A DNA stretch of 64,000 nt from contig CAWJBX010000009.1 in NCBI GenBank assembly GCA_963841195.1, forward strand, positions 94,998-158,997, written 5' to 3'. The notes beneath the pieces are model-generated. The model was not told the origin of the DNA, did not search any database, and saw only the letters and a list, made by a program, of their open reading frames with translations. The translations under genes were made by a program, and so were the position numbers. This stretch comes from an uncultured Actinomycetes bacterium. Its GTDB lineage: Bacteria > Actinomycetota > Acidimicrobiia > IMCC26256 > PALSA-610. Below, piece after piece: positions 11,314 through 20,684 of the stretch; the first letter of the stretch is position 1, and every line of letters begins with the position of its first letter.

Positions 11314-12470
11314 GCGTTGACCAACTCACCCCTGACGATCTCGACGCGCTGCGGGAATCGTTGCGCCGGCTCGCGGAGACGCACATCGCGCCGAACGCGG
11401 CCGCGGCCGACGAGGACGAGGAATACCCGTGGGAGCGCTGGGACGCGTGGCGCGACGCGGGCTTCGCCGGGCTCGCGTTCCCGGCCGACGTACGGCGGCC
11501 AGGACGGCGGGTTTCTCGCCCACGCGATCGCGGTCGAAGAGGTCGCGCGCGTCTGCGCGTCGTCGTCGCTGTTCACGTTCATCTCGAAACTCGGCATGAC
11601 GCCGGTGCTCGACCACGGAACCGAAGCGCTGAAGCAGAAGTACGTGGCGCGCGTCGCGTCGGGCGAGTGCCAGGCCTCGTATTGCTTGTCGGAAGCGGAA
11701 GCGGGGAGCGACGTCGCCGGTATGCGCACGCGGGCGGTGCGTGACGGCGACCACTACGTGCTCAACGGCGCGCAAGATGTGGATTACGAACGCGGGCGTC
11801 AGCGACTTCTACACCGTCTTCGCCAAGACCAACCCTGACGCCGGCCACCGCGGTATCAGTTGTTTCGTCGTCGAGAAGGACTTCCCGGGCTTCTCGGTGT
11901 CGAAGCTCGAGCACAAACTCGGCGTGCGCGGTTCACCGACCGGTGAGATCACGTCGGCGGACTGCCCGGTGCCGGCCGAGAACCTCATCGGCGACGAAGG
12001 CGCAGGGCTTCGCGTACGCAATGGGTGCGCTCGACCGTTCCCGTCCGCTCGTCGGCGCGCAAGCGCTCGGGATCGCGCAGGGCGCGCTCGAGCTGGCGAC
12101 GAGCTACGTGAAGGAGCGCAACCAGTTCGGCCACGCGATCGCCGAGTTCCAAGGGCTGCAGTTCATGCTGGCCGAGCTCGCCACCGACGTCGAAGCGGCA
12201 CGGCTGCTCGTCTACCGCGCGTGCGCGCTGCTCGACGACGGGCTGGGCGGTACGCCGGCCACGGCCAAGGCATCGTCGATGGCGAAGCTCTTCGCGCGCG
12301 ACACCGCGATGCGCGTCACGACCGACTGCGTACAGCTGCTCGGCGGCATCGGGTACACCAAGGACCTCCCCGCCGAACGGTTCATGCGCGACGCGAAGAT
12401 CACGCAGATCTACGAGGGCACCAATCAGATCCAGCGCGTCGTGATCGCCAAGCGATTACTCAGCGACTAG
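11314..12470 (+). pseudogene. Acyl-CoA dehydrogenase (short/branched-chain type), frameshifted
   Basis: LTPDDLDALRESLRRLAETHIAPNAAAADEDEEYPWERWDAW / EYGGQDGGFLAHAIAVEEVARVCASSSLFTFISKLGMTPV...[34 protein letters not shown] / [18 protein letters not shown]...[44 protein letters not shown]...[20 protein letters not shown]. Confidence 0.7.
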
Positions 12471-12524
12471 ATCTTGTTTGGACACGTATGCGCCCCTCTA
12501 GGGGCGCGTTCGGTCCAAACAGAG

Positions 12525-14000
12525 TTAGTAGGACTGGGCCCAGACCGCGCTGATCGTTGCCGGTTCCGCACACACGAGACACAGGTCGCCGTCGGCTTCG
12601 AGTTCGCTCGGCAGACAACGGATCGTGACGCCGAGCGACTTCAAGCCTTCCTCGCACTCGGGCCGCTCGCACCACTTCGCCAACACGAAACCTTGCTCTT
12701 CGGCGAAGAACCGTTCGGCCGCCGCCTTGTCGAGAATGTCGCGACGGAGACCGGCGTCGAGCCGCAGCCGCGCTTCGCGGAGCATCTCGTTTTGGATCGT
12801 TGCAAGCCGGCTCTTCACCGACGGCACGAACTCGTCGAACGGCACGGTCTCGATCGCATTGGGATCGAGCCGCGACCGAACCGTGACCATGTTGGCGTCG
12901 ACGTCCTTGGGTCCGAGCTCGACGATGATCGGTGCGCCTCGCTTGATCCACTTCCACTTCTTTTCGACGCTGCGATGCTGCGTCTCGTCGACTTTCACGC
13001 GCACGTCGCCGCCGATCGCCGCGCCCAGCTTGCGCGCGTACTCGAGGACGGCTTCGTCGGCTTCGGTGTCGCGCAAGATCGGGATGATCACAACTTGATC
13101 CGGCGCAACCCGAGGCGGCACGCGCAGGCCGTCGTCGTCGCCGTGGGTCATGATCAACGCGCCGATCATGCGCGTCGACACGCCCCACGACGTCGTGTAC
13201 GCATGCACCGACGCGCCTGTCTCGTCGAGAAACTCGATGCCGGCGGCCACCGCAAAGTTCTGCCCGAGGTAATGCGACGTCCCGGCTTGCAGCGCCTTGC
13301 CGTCCTGCATCATCGCTTCGATCGTGAACGAACGATCGGCGCCGGGGAATCGCTCGGTGGGCGACTTCTCGCCGGGGATCACCGGGATCGCGAGGACGTC
13401 TTCGGCGAAGCGGCGATACATGTCGTGGATGTCGAACGTCTCGCGCATGGCGTCGTCTTCGGTCGCGTGCGCGGTATGACCTTCCTGCCACAAGAACTCG
13501 GTCGTCCGCAGGAACACCCGCGGCCGCATCTCCCAACGCACCACGTTGGCCCATTGGTTCAACAGCATCGGCAAGTCGCGGTACGACTGGATCCACTTCG
13601 CCATCGACGCGCCGATGATCGTCTCGCTCGTGGGCCGCACGATGATGGGTTCGGTGAGCTCGCCGGTGGGCACGAGCTTCCCGTCGCGCGCCTCCAGCCG
13701 GTGGTGCGTGACGACCGCCATCTCTTTGGCGAAACCTTCGACGTGCGCGGCTTCCTTTTCGAGATACGAGAGCGGGATGAACACCGGGAAGTAGACATTC
13801 TCGTGGCCGCGCACGCGGATCTCGTCGTCGAGCTGGTTGCGCAGCAACTCCCAGATCGCGAACCCCCACGGTTTGATCACCATGCAGCCGCGCACGTGTG
13901 CCATCTCGGCCATGTCGGCTTCGGCGACGACGCTTTGGTACCAGCCGGCGAAGTCGTCGGCGCGGGTGGGTGCGATCGCGGATCGGGGTTGTTTCGCCAT
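12525..14000 (-). CDS. proS: Proline--tRNA ligase, archaeal/eukaryotic-type (class II, C-terminal Tyr)
   Basis: Intact 491-aa frame MAKQPRSAIAPTRADDFAGWYQSVVAEADMAEMAHVRGCMVIKPWGFAIWE...ends ...AVWAQSY*. Class II aaRS motifs. Confidence 0.9.
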   Translation of the reverse strand: MAKQPRSAIAPTRADDFAGWYQSVVAEADMAEMAHVRGCMVIKPWGFAIWELLRNQLDDEIRVRGHENVYFPVFIPLSYLEKEAAHVEGFAKEMAVVTHHRLEARDGKLVPTGELTEPIIVRPTSETIIGASMAKWIQSYRDLPMLLNQWANVVRWEMRPRVFLRTTEFLWQEGHTAHATEDDAMRETFDIHDMYRRFAEDVLAIPVIPGEKSPTERFPGADRSFTIEAMMQDGKALQAGTSHYLGQNFAVAAGIEFLDETGASVHAYTTSWGVSTRMIGALIMTHGDDDGLRVPPRVAPDQVVIIPILRDTEADEAVLEYARKLGAAIGGDVRVKVDETQHRSVEKKWKWIKRGAPIIVELGPKDVDANMVTVRSRLDPNAIETVPFDEFVPSVKSRLATIQNEMLREARLRLDAGLRRDILDKAAAERFFAEEQGFVLAKWCERPECEEGLKSLGVTIRCLPSELEADGDLCLVCAEPATISAVWAQSY

Positions 14001-14043
14001 TAGGGGAAGAGTGTACGGGGGCGTCTCGTAGACTCGCTTCGAT

Positions 14044-15463
14044 ATGAGCGAGTGGCGCGTCCGTTTCTCGCCGGCCCCGACCGGCTTCATGCACATCGGC
14101 AACGCGCGCACGGTGCTGTTCAACTGGCTGTTCGCTCGGCACACCGAAAGCACGTTCATCCTGCGGATCGAAGACACCGATGTCGCCCGCTCGACCCAAG
14201 AAGCCGTCGACCAGATCCAAAAGGTGATGCATTGGCTCGGCTTCGAGTGGGACGAGGGCCCGATCCTGCAGAGCACGCGCTTCGACCTGTATCTCGACGC
14301 GGCCCAGCGCTTGATCGACGCCGGCGATGCGTACGAGTGCTATTGCACACCCGAGGAAGTGCAGGCGCGCAACGAACAAGCGCAGAAGGTTGGCCGGCCG
14401 CCCGGCTACGACGGCCGTTGCCGCGATCTCTCGGCCGACGAGCGGACCGCGCTCCTCGCCGAGGGCAAGCCGCGCTCGGTGCGCTTCCGCACGCCCGATG
14501 AAGGGCGCAGCACGTTCGACGACGTCGTGCGCGGCGAGGTGTCGGTCGAGTGGTCGACGATCTCCGACTTCGTCATCGTGCGTTCGAACGGCACGCCCGT
14601 GTTCTTCCTCGCCAACGCGCTCGACGACCTCGACATGGGCATCACCCACGTGTTGCGCGGCGAAGATCTCATCGACTCGACGCACCGCGTCCTCGCGTTG
14701 CGGCGCGCGCTCGGTCACGACGATCAGCCGGTGTACGCGCACTTGCCGCTCATCCTCGGGCCCGGCGGCGGGAAGCTGTCGAAGCGGCACGGCGCGACGA
14801 CGGTGGAGGAGTACCGCGACGCCGGCTATCTCGCGAGCGCGCTGAAGAACTATCTCGCGTTGCTCGGGTGGGGACCCGGAAGACGACCGCGAGGTGTTGA
14901 CGACCGACGAGCTCGTCGCCGAGTTCACGCTCGAACGCGTCAACCCGTCCTCCGCCACGTTCGACCCGAAGAAGCTCGAGTGGATGAACGGCGAGCACAT
15001 CAGGATGATGGATATCGCCGATCTCGTGTCGGCGGTGTTGCCGTTTGCCCGCGACCGTTACGGCGAACGCATGGACATCCCGCGCTTCGAAGCCGGTGTG
15101 GCACTCGCGCAGGAACGGGCGACAACGCTCGTGCAGATCGCCGATCAGCTCGCGTTCTTGTTCACGCCCGACGACGAACTCGCCATCGATCCCGCATCCT
15201 GGGAAAAGCTCACGAAGGTCGACCGCGCCGGCGAAATCCTCGACGCCGTCATCGGGCATATCGAAGCCGACGATTGCGTCGGCGACGAGGTCGACATCCG
15301 CCCGCCGATCGAGGCGCTCGGGTTGAAAGCGGGCAAGGTCATGCACGTCGTGTACACGGCGGTCGAAGGCCGCGACAAGGGATTGCCCCTGTTCCCGTCG
15401 ATCATCCTGCTCGGCAAAGAGTCGACGCTGCACCGACTTCGAGCGGCCCGGGCTCGGCTCTAG
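14044..15463 (+). pseudogene. gltX: Glutamate--tRNA ligase, single frameshift near 14880
   Basis: MSEWRVRFSPAPTGFMHIGNARTVLFNWLFAR (HIGN motif), KLSKRHG motif; C-terminal half continues in the frame of 14894..15463 (LTTDELVAEFTLERVNPSSATFDPKKLEWMNGEHIR...). Confidence 0.85.
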
Positions 15464-15485
15464 CTACACTGTCTCGCTTCAGCCT

Positions 15486-15559
15486 TCGGGAGTGGTGTAA
15501 TCGGCAACACGACAGGTTCTGGCCCTGTTATTGGGGGTTCGAGTCCTCCCTCCCGAGCC
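15486..15559 (+). tRNA. tRNA-Gln (anticodon CTG)
   Basis: Hand-folded cloverleaf: acceptor TCGGGAG/CTCCCGA, D-arm GTGT..ACAC, anticodon stem ACAGG/CCTGT with loop TTCTGGC, T-arm GGGGGTTCGAGTCCTCC, discriminator G then CC. Confidence 0.8.
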
Positions 15560-15561
15560 CG

Positions 15562-15637
15562 GCCCCGTTCGTCTAGAGGCCTAGGACGCCAGGTTCTCAT
15601 CCTGGTAACACGGGTTCGAATCCCGTACGGGGTGCCA
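15562..15637 (+). tRNA. tRNA-Glu (anticodon CTC)
   Basis: GCCCCGTTCGTCTAGAGGCCTAGGACGCCAGGTTCTCATCCTGGTAACACGGGTTCGAATCCCGTACGGGGTGCCA. Same layout as E. coli tRNA-Glu; anticodon loop TTCTCAT; encoded CCA. gltX followed by tRNA-Gln and tRNA-Glu is a common arrangement. Confidence 0.8.
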
Positions 15638-15972
15638 CAAGCGTGGTGAAGCCCGAGCGTCGGCTCGGGCTGTTCGCTTTCGTGAACGAAAACCGTGCTC
15701 CGAGGTCGATTTGGGTTCACGAAAGCCGATCGGGAACGCGTGAGCGAGACCGCTGGCGACGAGATCGCGCCGCCGGCGAGTTCCGGCCGCGGTCGATTCC
15801 CCGCGATCGTGGCCGTGATCGCGGTCGTGAACTACATCGGCGTGTCGTGTTCGACCGGTCGCATCTTCGATTCGTCGTGGTCGCGTCACACCTCCATTAC
15901 TGCCGACCTCGCCGCCGGTCGACGTCGTGAAACTCGGCTGAGCATTCGTACGCGCTGACGTAACGTTCGAGC

Positions 15973-16944
15973 GTGCTGCCTGCAACTGAGCTCGAGGCGG
16001 TCTTCGGAAGCGCGCACGATGTCGAAGCGACTCCGATCGCGAAACCTGTACCAGCGGCGACACTTGGCATCTGGCGGGTTCGGTTGGGCGACGACACCGC
16101 GGTGCTGAAGCTCGTCGGAAACGCAATCGGCGAAAACCCGAAGTGGCAGTCGGGCGAAGCGCTCGATCATTGGTACTACTGGAAGCGGGAGCCGCTCGCG
16201 TACGAGTCGGGTTTGTTGACCTCGCTCCCCGGCGAGCTTCGGGTGCCGGTGTGTCGTGGGGTGTTCGAGCGTGACGACGGCACGATCGCACTCTGGCTCG
16301 AGGACGTGCGCGCCACGCCCGCGACCGAGTGGACGCTGGACCGGTACGAAGTTGCCGCGCGTCATCTCGGCAGCCTTTTCAGTGTGCATGCCCACGCCGA
16401 CTGGTTGAGTCGGGACTGGCTGCGCGACTACATCGATGTTCGTTGGGCGACGACTCGTCAGCCGTTCGTTGCCCCGTTGCTCGACGCGCTTGACCGCATG
16501 CCCCGCGCGTTGTGCCACTTCGATGTCCACCCCGCGAATTTGTTCGGCGACGACGGCGGGCCGACGATCGCGATCGACTGGTCGTTCGTCGGGATCGGCG
16601 CCATCGGCGAGGACGCCGGGAACCTCGTGCCCGATGCGGTGCTCGATTTCTCTTTCCCGCCTGAGGGCATCGGCGATCTCTACGAGCGCATCGTGCGCGG
16701 ATACACCGCCGGCTTGCGTGACGCGGGTTGGGACGGGCCGGAATCGGAGCCGCGCGCGGCAATCGCGACGACAATCGCCGCCAAGTACGCGTGGATCAGT
16801 GTCGAGCTCGAGCGCGCGGTGGCCGAGCAGCGCGAGCTGCTCAACCGGCGGCCGTTGCACGAGGCGTTGCATTGGTGGGAACCGGGCGTGGAGTTCATCG
16901 CCGAGCGCACACGCGAGGCACAGAAGTTGCTCGCGTCGTCGTAA
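15973..16944 (+). CDS. Phosphotransferase-family protein (aminoglycoside phosphotransferase / protein-kinase-like fold)
   Basis: Intact 323 aa; catalytic-loop-like LCHFDVHPANLF and IDWSFVGIGAIGEDAGN (APH Brenner and DFG-like motifs). Confidence 0.7.
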   Translation: MLPATELEAVFGSAHDVEATPIAKPVPAATLGIWRVRLGDDTAVLKLVGNAIGENPKWQSGEALDHWYYWKREPLAYESGLLTSLPGELRVPVCRGVFERDDGTIALWLEDVRATPATEWTLDRYEVAARHLGSLFSVHAHADWLSRDWLRDYIDVRWATTRQPFVAPLLDALDRMPRALCHFDVHPANLFGDDGGPTIAIDWSFVGIGAIGEDAGNLVPDAVLDFSFPPEGIGDLYERIVRGYTAGLRDAGWDGPESEPRAAIATTIAAKYAWISVELERAVAEQRELLNRRPLHEALHWWEPGVEFIAERTREAQKLLASS

Positions 16945-17378
16945 GCGAACACGGCACGTCAGTGTCCAATCATTGGCATGTCACGTCGTGCGCTGGACGC
17001 GCGATATGCGAACCGCTTGCCACCGCACGCGCGACGTTCGGGTGCCGGCTGACGGCCGCGTCACGCAGGCGCGGCGTCGTCGTGGACGATGCGAATGCGC
17101 TTGATCGCGATCCGTTCGCGGTACTCGTCTCCGCGCGCGGTCGACGCGTACACACTGTCGCGATGCAACGTCGATGCGCGCTTACACGTGCTCGAAGTCC
17201 GCGCGAACGCGTTCGAAGTGTGAATTCGAGCGCGTTTCTGCAAAAAACTTATGTGGTTGAGAAAACCACGCTGTGCGCGAAACCTGATTGAGCACTGCAA
17301 CGCATATATAGATGTGAAGAAAAGTTCTTCACGCGCGAACACGCGTTGTCGCGGCGTGCAACACCGCAGCGTGTGACG

Positions 17379-17609
17379 TTATTCAGTGACGCGCACTGCA
17401 TCACCGTCGACGATCAACGTGCACGGCAGTCCAACGAGATCAATCGCGTCGCGCGTTGCAAAAGTGCTGGTCACGATGTTGACAACGTCACCACGATGCG
17501 CGCCCGACGTAATCGTCAACTCCAACGCGATGCCGTCGTCGCGCGCGTCGGCCCACACGATGAACGCGTCGTAACGACCGTCTTCAAGTGGTGCGTTGCC
17601 GTCGTTCAT
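17379..17609 (-). CDS. Small acidic hypothetical protein (76 aa), in an AT-richer island; weak call
   Basis: ORF MNDGNAPLEDGRYDAFIVWADARDDG... only; GC3 about 68% is lower than neighbouring genes; weak RBS. Confidence 0.25.
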   Translation of the reverse strand: MNDGNAPLEDGRYDAFIVWADARDDGIALELTITSGAHRGDVVNIVTSTFATRDAIDLVGLPCTLIVDGDAVRVTE

Positions 17610-17783
17610 GCGCGCGCACGTGTCGCGAAAGAAACCTCAAGCGCGTCGACGCGTATCCGATGATCTTCGCATGAGTCGCGCAGCAAGTGGTGGATACCAC
17701 GCGCGTTGTGTGGGAAATGCTTGACCTTGGTTGGTGAATCAGTTCTCATTGCACGAACGCACACTGCGCGTGGAGGTTATGTC

Positions 17784-18062
17784 GTGAACAAGGGCGAGCT
17801 CGTCGATGCGATCGCGAGCGAGAGCAACTTGAGCAAGGCGGATGCCGAGAATGCGCTGAACGCGTTCATCAACGCGGTACAGAACACTGTTGCCTCGGGT
17901 GACAAGGTGACGTTGCCGGGTTTCGGGACGTTCCAGCCGGCGTTGCGCAAGGCGCGCACGGGTATGGATCCCCGTACGCGGCAGCCGGTGCAGATCCCGG
18001 AGCGCAAGAGCGCGAAATTCTCCGTGGGCTCGAAGTTCAAGGCCCAGGTGCAAGGTTCGTAA
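17784..18062 (+). CDS. hupB: DNA-binding protein HU (core domain only, 92 aa)
   Basis: GTG start after GGAGG; VNKGELVDAIASESNLSKADAENALNAFINAVQNTVASGDKVTLPGFGTFQPALRKARTGMDPRTRQPVQIPERKSAKFSVGSKFKAQV. Ends at TAA 18060-18062. Confidence 0.85.
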   Translation: MNKGELVDAIASESNLSKADAENALNAFINAVQNTVASGDKVTLPGFGTFQPALRKARTGMDPRTRQPVQIPERKSAKFSVGSKFKAQVQGS

Positions 18063-18151
18063 TGGCGTAGGGCGCGCGGTTGCACTCCCGCGCGCACCGA
18101 ATGAGACGAAGTTTGCAAACTTCCCCGAGTGAGCTAGCTCTCCGAAAGGTG

Positions 18152-18511
18152 GTGACCGTGCCTCCGGCTAAGAAGGCAACGAAGAGGCGGGCAGCAAAGA
18201 AGGCTCCCGCGAAGAAGCGTAAGGCCGCAAAGCGCAAGGCTCCCGCGAAGCGCAAGGCAACAAAGCGGAAGTCAACTGCGAAGAAGGCGACCAAGCGGAA
18301 GGCGACCAAGCGCAAGGCCGCGAAGAAGGCTCCGGCCAAGAAGCGTCGCAAAGCGACGAAGAAGCGTGCCGCGCCGGCGAAGAAGCGCCGTAAGGCCGTC
18401 AAGAAGAAGGCTGCACCGGCCAAGAAGCGCCGCCGCAAGGCGACGAAGAAGGCCGCACCGGCAGCGAAGAAGCGCCGCACGACGCGTAAGCGCACGGCGA
18501 AGAAGCGCTGA
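18152..18511 (+). CDS. Lys/Ala/Arg/Pro-rich histone-H1-like basic protein (tail of actinobacterial HupB-type proteins, here encoded separately)
   Basis: GTG start after AAAGGTGG; sequence almost entirely PAKK/AAKK/RKAT repeats with AAG codons; strong Rho-independent terminator immediately downstream. Different frame from hupB and separated from it by stops. Confidence 0.7.
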   Translation: MTVPPAKKATKRRAAKKAPAKKRKAAKRKAPAKRKATKRKSTAKKATKRKATKRKAAKKAPAKKRRKATKKRAAPAKKRRKAVKKKAAPAKKRRRKATKKAAPAAKKRRTTRKRTAKKR

Positions 18512-18531
18512 GCCGGTAACACGGCGATTGA

Positions 18532-18566
18532 GAAGGGCCCCCTCACCGGGGCCCTTCTTCTTTTTG
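18532..18566 (+). terminator. Rho-independent terminator after the basic-protein gene
   Basis: GAAGGGCCCC-ctcacc-GGGGCCCTTC followed by TTCTTTTTG. Confidence 0.6.
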
Positions 18567-18621
18567 CCGGAACGAGCGTCGTTCACTATCGCTACGCGAT
18601 AGCGAGCGACGCTCCAGAGAA

Positions 18622-19344
18622 TTAGAGGTCGTCGATGCGGGCGAAGGCCTCGGCGGCGCGCAAGCCCGCGCGCAAACCGTGGGCGCGCGCTTCGGCGTGC
18701 AGCCCGGACGCAAACGCGGCCCGCTGCTCTGCGGGCGCGTCGTCGATGGCCATCGTCGACTGCCACTGGCTGCGGTGTGCGAGCAGCGCGTCGACCTTGG
18801 TGTCGACGAAGCCGTGCACTCGCTCGACGTGGTCGACGCGCCCAGGCTCGAAGCACAGCAATGTCGACGGCCGATGCGGCTTCAGACCCTGCTCGGGAAA
18901 GAAGTGCGGATCGCGCGCCGCGACGATGCCGTCGAGCGCCAACATCCCTGCGTGATGGTGATCGGGATGGACGCGATACGCCTTCCAGGGATCGTGGCCG
19001 AGCACGATGTCGGGCCGGATCTGACGGATGACTGCGCACACCGCGCCGCGCGCCTCGATGCCGTGGTCGAGTTCGCCGTCGACGTAGCCGAGGAACTCGA
19101 CGCCGGCCGCGCCGATTACGGCCGCGGCGGCGCGCTGTTCGTCTTGGCGGCGCGCCACCAACGCCGCGGTGTCGGCATCGGCATCCCACGTGCCTTTGGC
19201 GCCGTCCGTACAGATACACAACGTCACGAGCGCGCCCGCCGCGGCCCATTTGGCGAGCGTCGCGGCGCACCCGAACTCGATGTCGTCGGGGTGGGCGCCG
19301 ATGGCGAGCACGCGTGTCGGAGTCGGCACATCGACGGAGATCAT
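18622..19344 (-). CDS. PIG-L/LmbE-family N-acetylglucosaminyl deacetylase
   Basis: Intact 240 aa; LAIGAHPDDIEFGC motif, HPDHHH metal-binding motif. Confidence 0.8.
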   Translation of the reverse strand: MISVDVPTPTRVLAIGAHPDDIEFGCAATLAKWAAAGALVTLCICTDGAKGTWDADADTAALVARRQDEQRAAAAVIGAAGVEFLGYVDGELDHGIEARGAVCAVIRQIRPDIVLGHDPWKAYRVHPDHHHAGMLALDGIVAARDPHFFPEQGLKPHRPSTLLCFEPGRVDHVERVHGFVDTKVDALLAHRSQWQSTMAIDDAPAEQRAAFASGLHAEARAHGLRAGLRAAEAFARIDDL

Positions 19345-19958
19345 GACGCGGGCTCGTCGGCAAGATGTTCGAGCACTTCGAGATCGGCGGGCGTGTCGAC
19401 GTCGAACGCGAGCGCGGGATCGTCGAGCACGCGGACCTCGAGTCCGCAGGCGCGGGCCGCCGCGATGTGACGTGCCGCCGAACCGGGTCCGTACGCGAAC
19501 GGAAAGTCGATCGCGGCCGGCAGCGAAAGAACGGGCGTGCCGTCGTTGCGATGATCGGGGACGATCACGGCGGTCGTGTCGCCGGTGTCACTCGCCAGCG
19601 CCGCCAGCGACGAGGCCAGTGGCAGATCGGCATGCACGATGATGACGCGGGCGTAACCGCGCTCGTGTGCCCAGCGCCGGCCCGCGGTCGCCGCGGCGTC
19701 GAGCGAACCCGGGTCGGGGATTGCCGCGCAGCCGTGCCCGGCAGTCCACTCGAGCACTTCGGGTGCGCTCGACACGACGACAACCGGCAACGGTGCCGCG
19801 GCCGCGTACACGCGATCAGCCATGGTGCGGGCCAGCGCGGCGCGTGCATCCGGTCCGAGTTTCGGCGCAAGCCGTGTGCTCGCCTCGGCGAAGGAGCGCA
19901 GCGGGATGACGACCGCTGCTTGCGCGGTGTCGGTTTGCTCCTCGGAGCGCGCGGCCAT
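19341..19958 (-). CDS. CofC/FbiD-like nucleotidyltransferase (2-phospho-L-lactate / PEP guanylyltransferase family)
   Basis: 205 aa; AVVIPLRSFAEASTRLAP...VIIVHADLPLAS pattern resembles the CofC/MobA-like fold. 4-bp overlap with the PIG-L gene. Confidence 0.45.
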   Translation of the reverse strand: MAARSEEQTDTAQAAVVIPLRSFAEASTRLAPKLGPDARAALARTMADRVYAAAAPLPVVVVSSAPEVLEWTAGHGCAAIPDPGSLDAAATAGRRWAHERGYARVIIVHADLPLASSLAALASDTGDTTAVIVPDHRNDGTPVLSLPAAIDFPFAYGPGSAARHIAAARACGLEVRVLDDPALAFDVDTPADLEVLEHLADEPAS

Positions 19959-19967
19959 GAGCTGCGT

Positions 19968-20684
19968 ATGCTACCGACCGTGGACGTGATTTATCCCGCT
20001 GCCAAGGCGGTGTTCTGGCCCTGGCTGCGGTTCGGATTGCGTTGGACGATCGAGGGCGCCGAGCACATCCCGTCGTCGGGACCGGTGATTCTCGCGAGCA
20101 ACCACATCTCGTACCTCGATCCGCTCACGCTTGCCTACGTTGCCGACCAGCGCCGCCGCCGGATCCGGTTTCTCGCCAAGGCCGAGCTCTTCGCGAAGCC
20201 GGGTCTCGGGACGCTCTTGCGCGCCGCGCATCAAATACCCGTCGAGCGCGGCAAGGGCGACGCGGCCGGTGCGTTGACCGCCGCCGTCAAGGCGCTTGGC
20301 AGCGGCGAGTGCGTGGCCGTGTTCCCCGAAGGCACGATTTCGACGGACCTCGAACCAATGCGCGGCAAGTCGGGGACGGCGCGGCTCGCGCAGCAAGCGC
20401 ACGCGCCGGTCGTGCCGATCGGGCTTTGGGGATCGCACCGCATGATGATGAAAGGCCGCAAGCCCGAATGGCACTGGCGTATCGCGCAAGTCGCCGTCGT
20501 CGGCGAGCCACTGCGGTTCGATGCCGACGAGCACGTGAAGGCCGCGACGGACCGGCTGATGGAATCGGTCGCGGCGTGCGTCGCCCATGCGCGCGAGCTG
20601 TACCCGCAACGCCCGGAGCCGGGCGAGGATCCGTGGTGGTGGCGCGAGCCGGAGACCGTGCGCGCGCACCAGCGATCGGCATGA
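19968..20684 (+). CDS. plsC: 1-acyl-sn-glycerol-3-phosphate acyltransferase
   Basis: NHISYLDP (HX4D) and VFPEGTIS motifs; intact 238 aa. Confidence 0.8.
   Translation: MLPTVDVIYPAAKAVFWPWLRFGLRWTIEGAEHIPSSGPVILASNHISYLDPLTLAYVADQRRRRIRFLAKAELFAKPGLGTLLRAAHQIPVERGKGDAAGALTAAVKALGSGECVAVFPEGTISTDLEPMRGKSGTARLAQQAHAPVVPIGLWGSHRMMMKGRKPEWHWRIAQVAVVGEPLRFDADEHVKAATDRLMESVAACVAHARELYPQRPEPGEDPWWWREPETVRAHQRSA

Noticed and set aside
12460-15000. 846-aa minus-strand ORF and 509-aa plus-strand ORF overlapping proS and gltX
   Set aside because: Antisense or off-frame to the clearly identified proS and gltX genes; R/A/G-rich junk translation.
17200-17216. CGAACGCGTTCG palindrome resembling a LexA box
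   Set aside because: Half-site spacing is 2 nt, not 4 (GAAC-N2-GTTC), so it is not an SOS box; kept only as part of the palindromic island finding.
18272-19363. 363-aa minus-strand ORF covering the lysine-rich gene and PIG-L region
   Set aside because: Antisense of the AAG-repeat gene (reads as Arg/Leu-rich), and a different frame from the real PIG-L gene.
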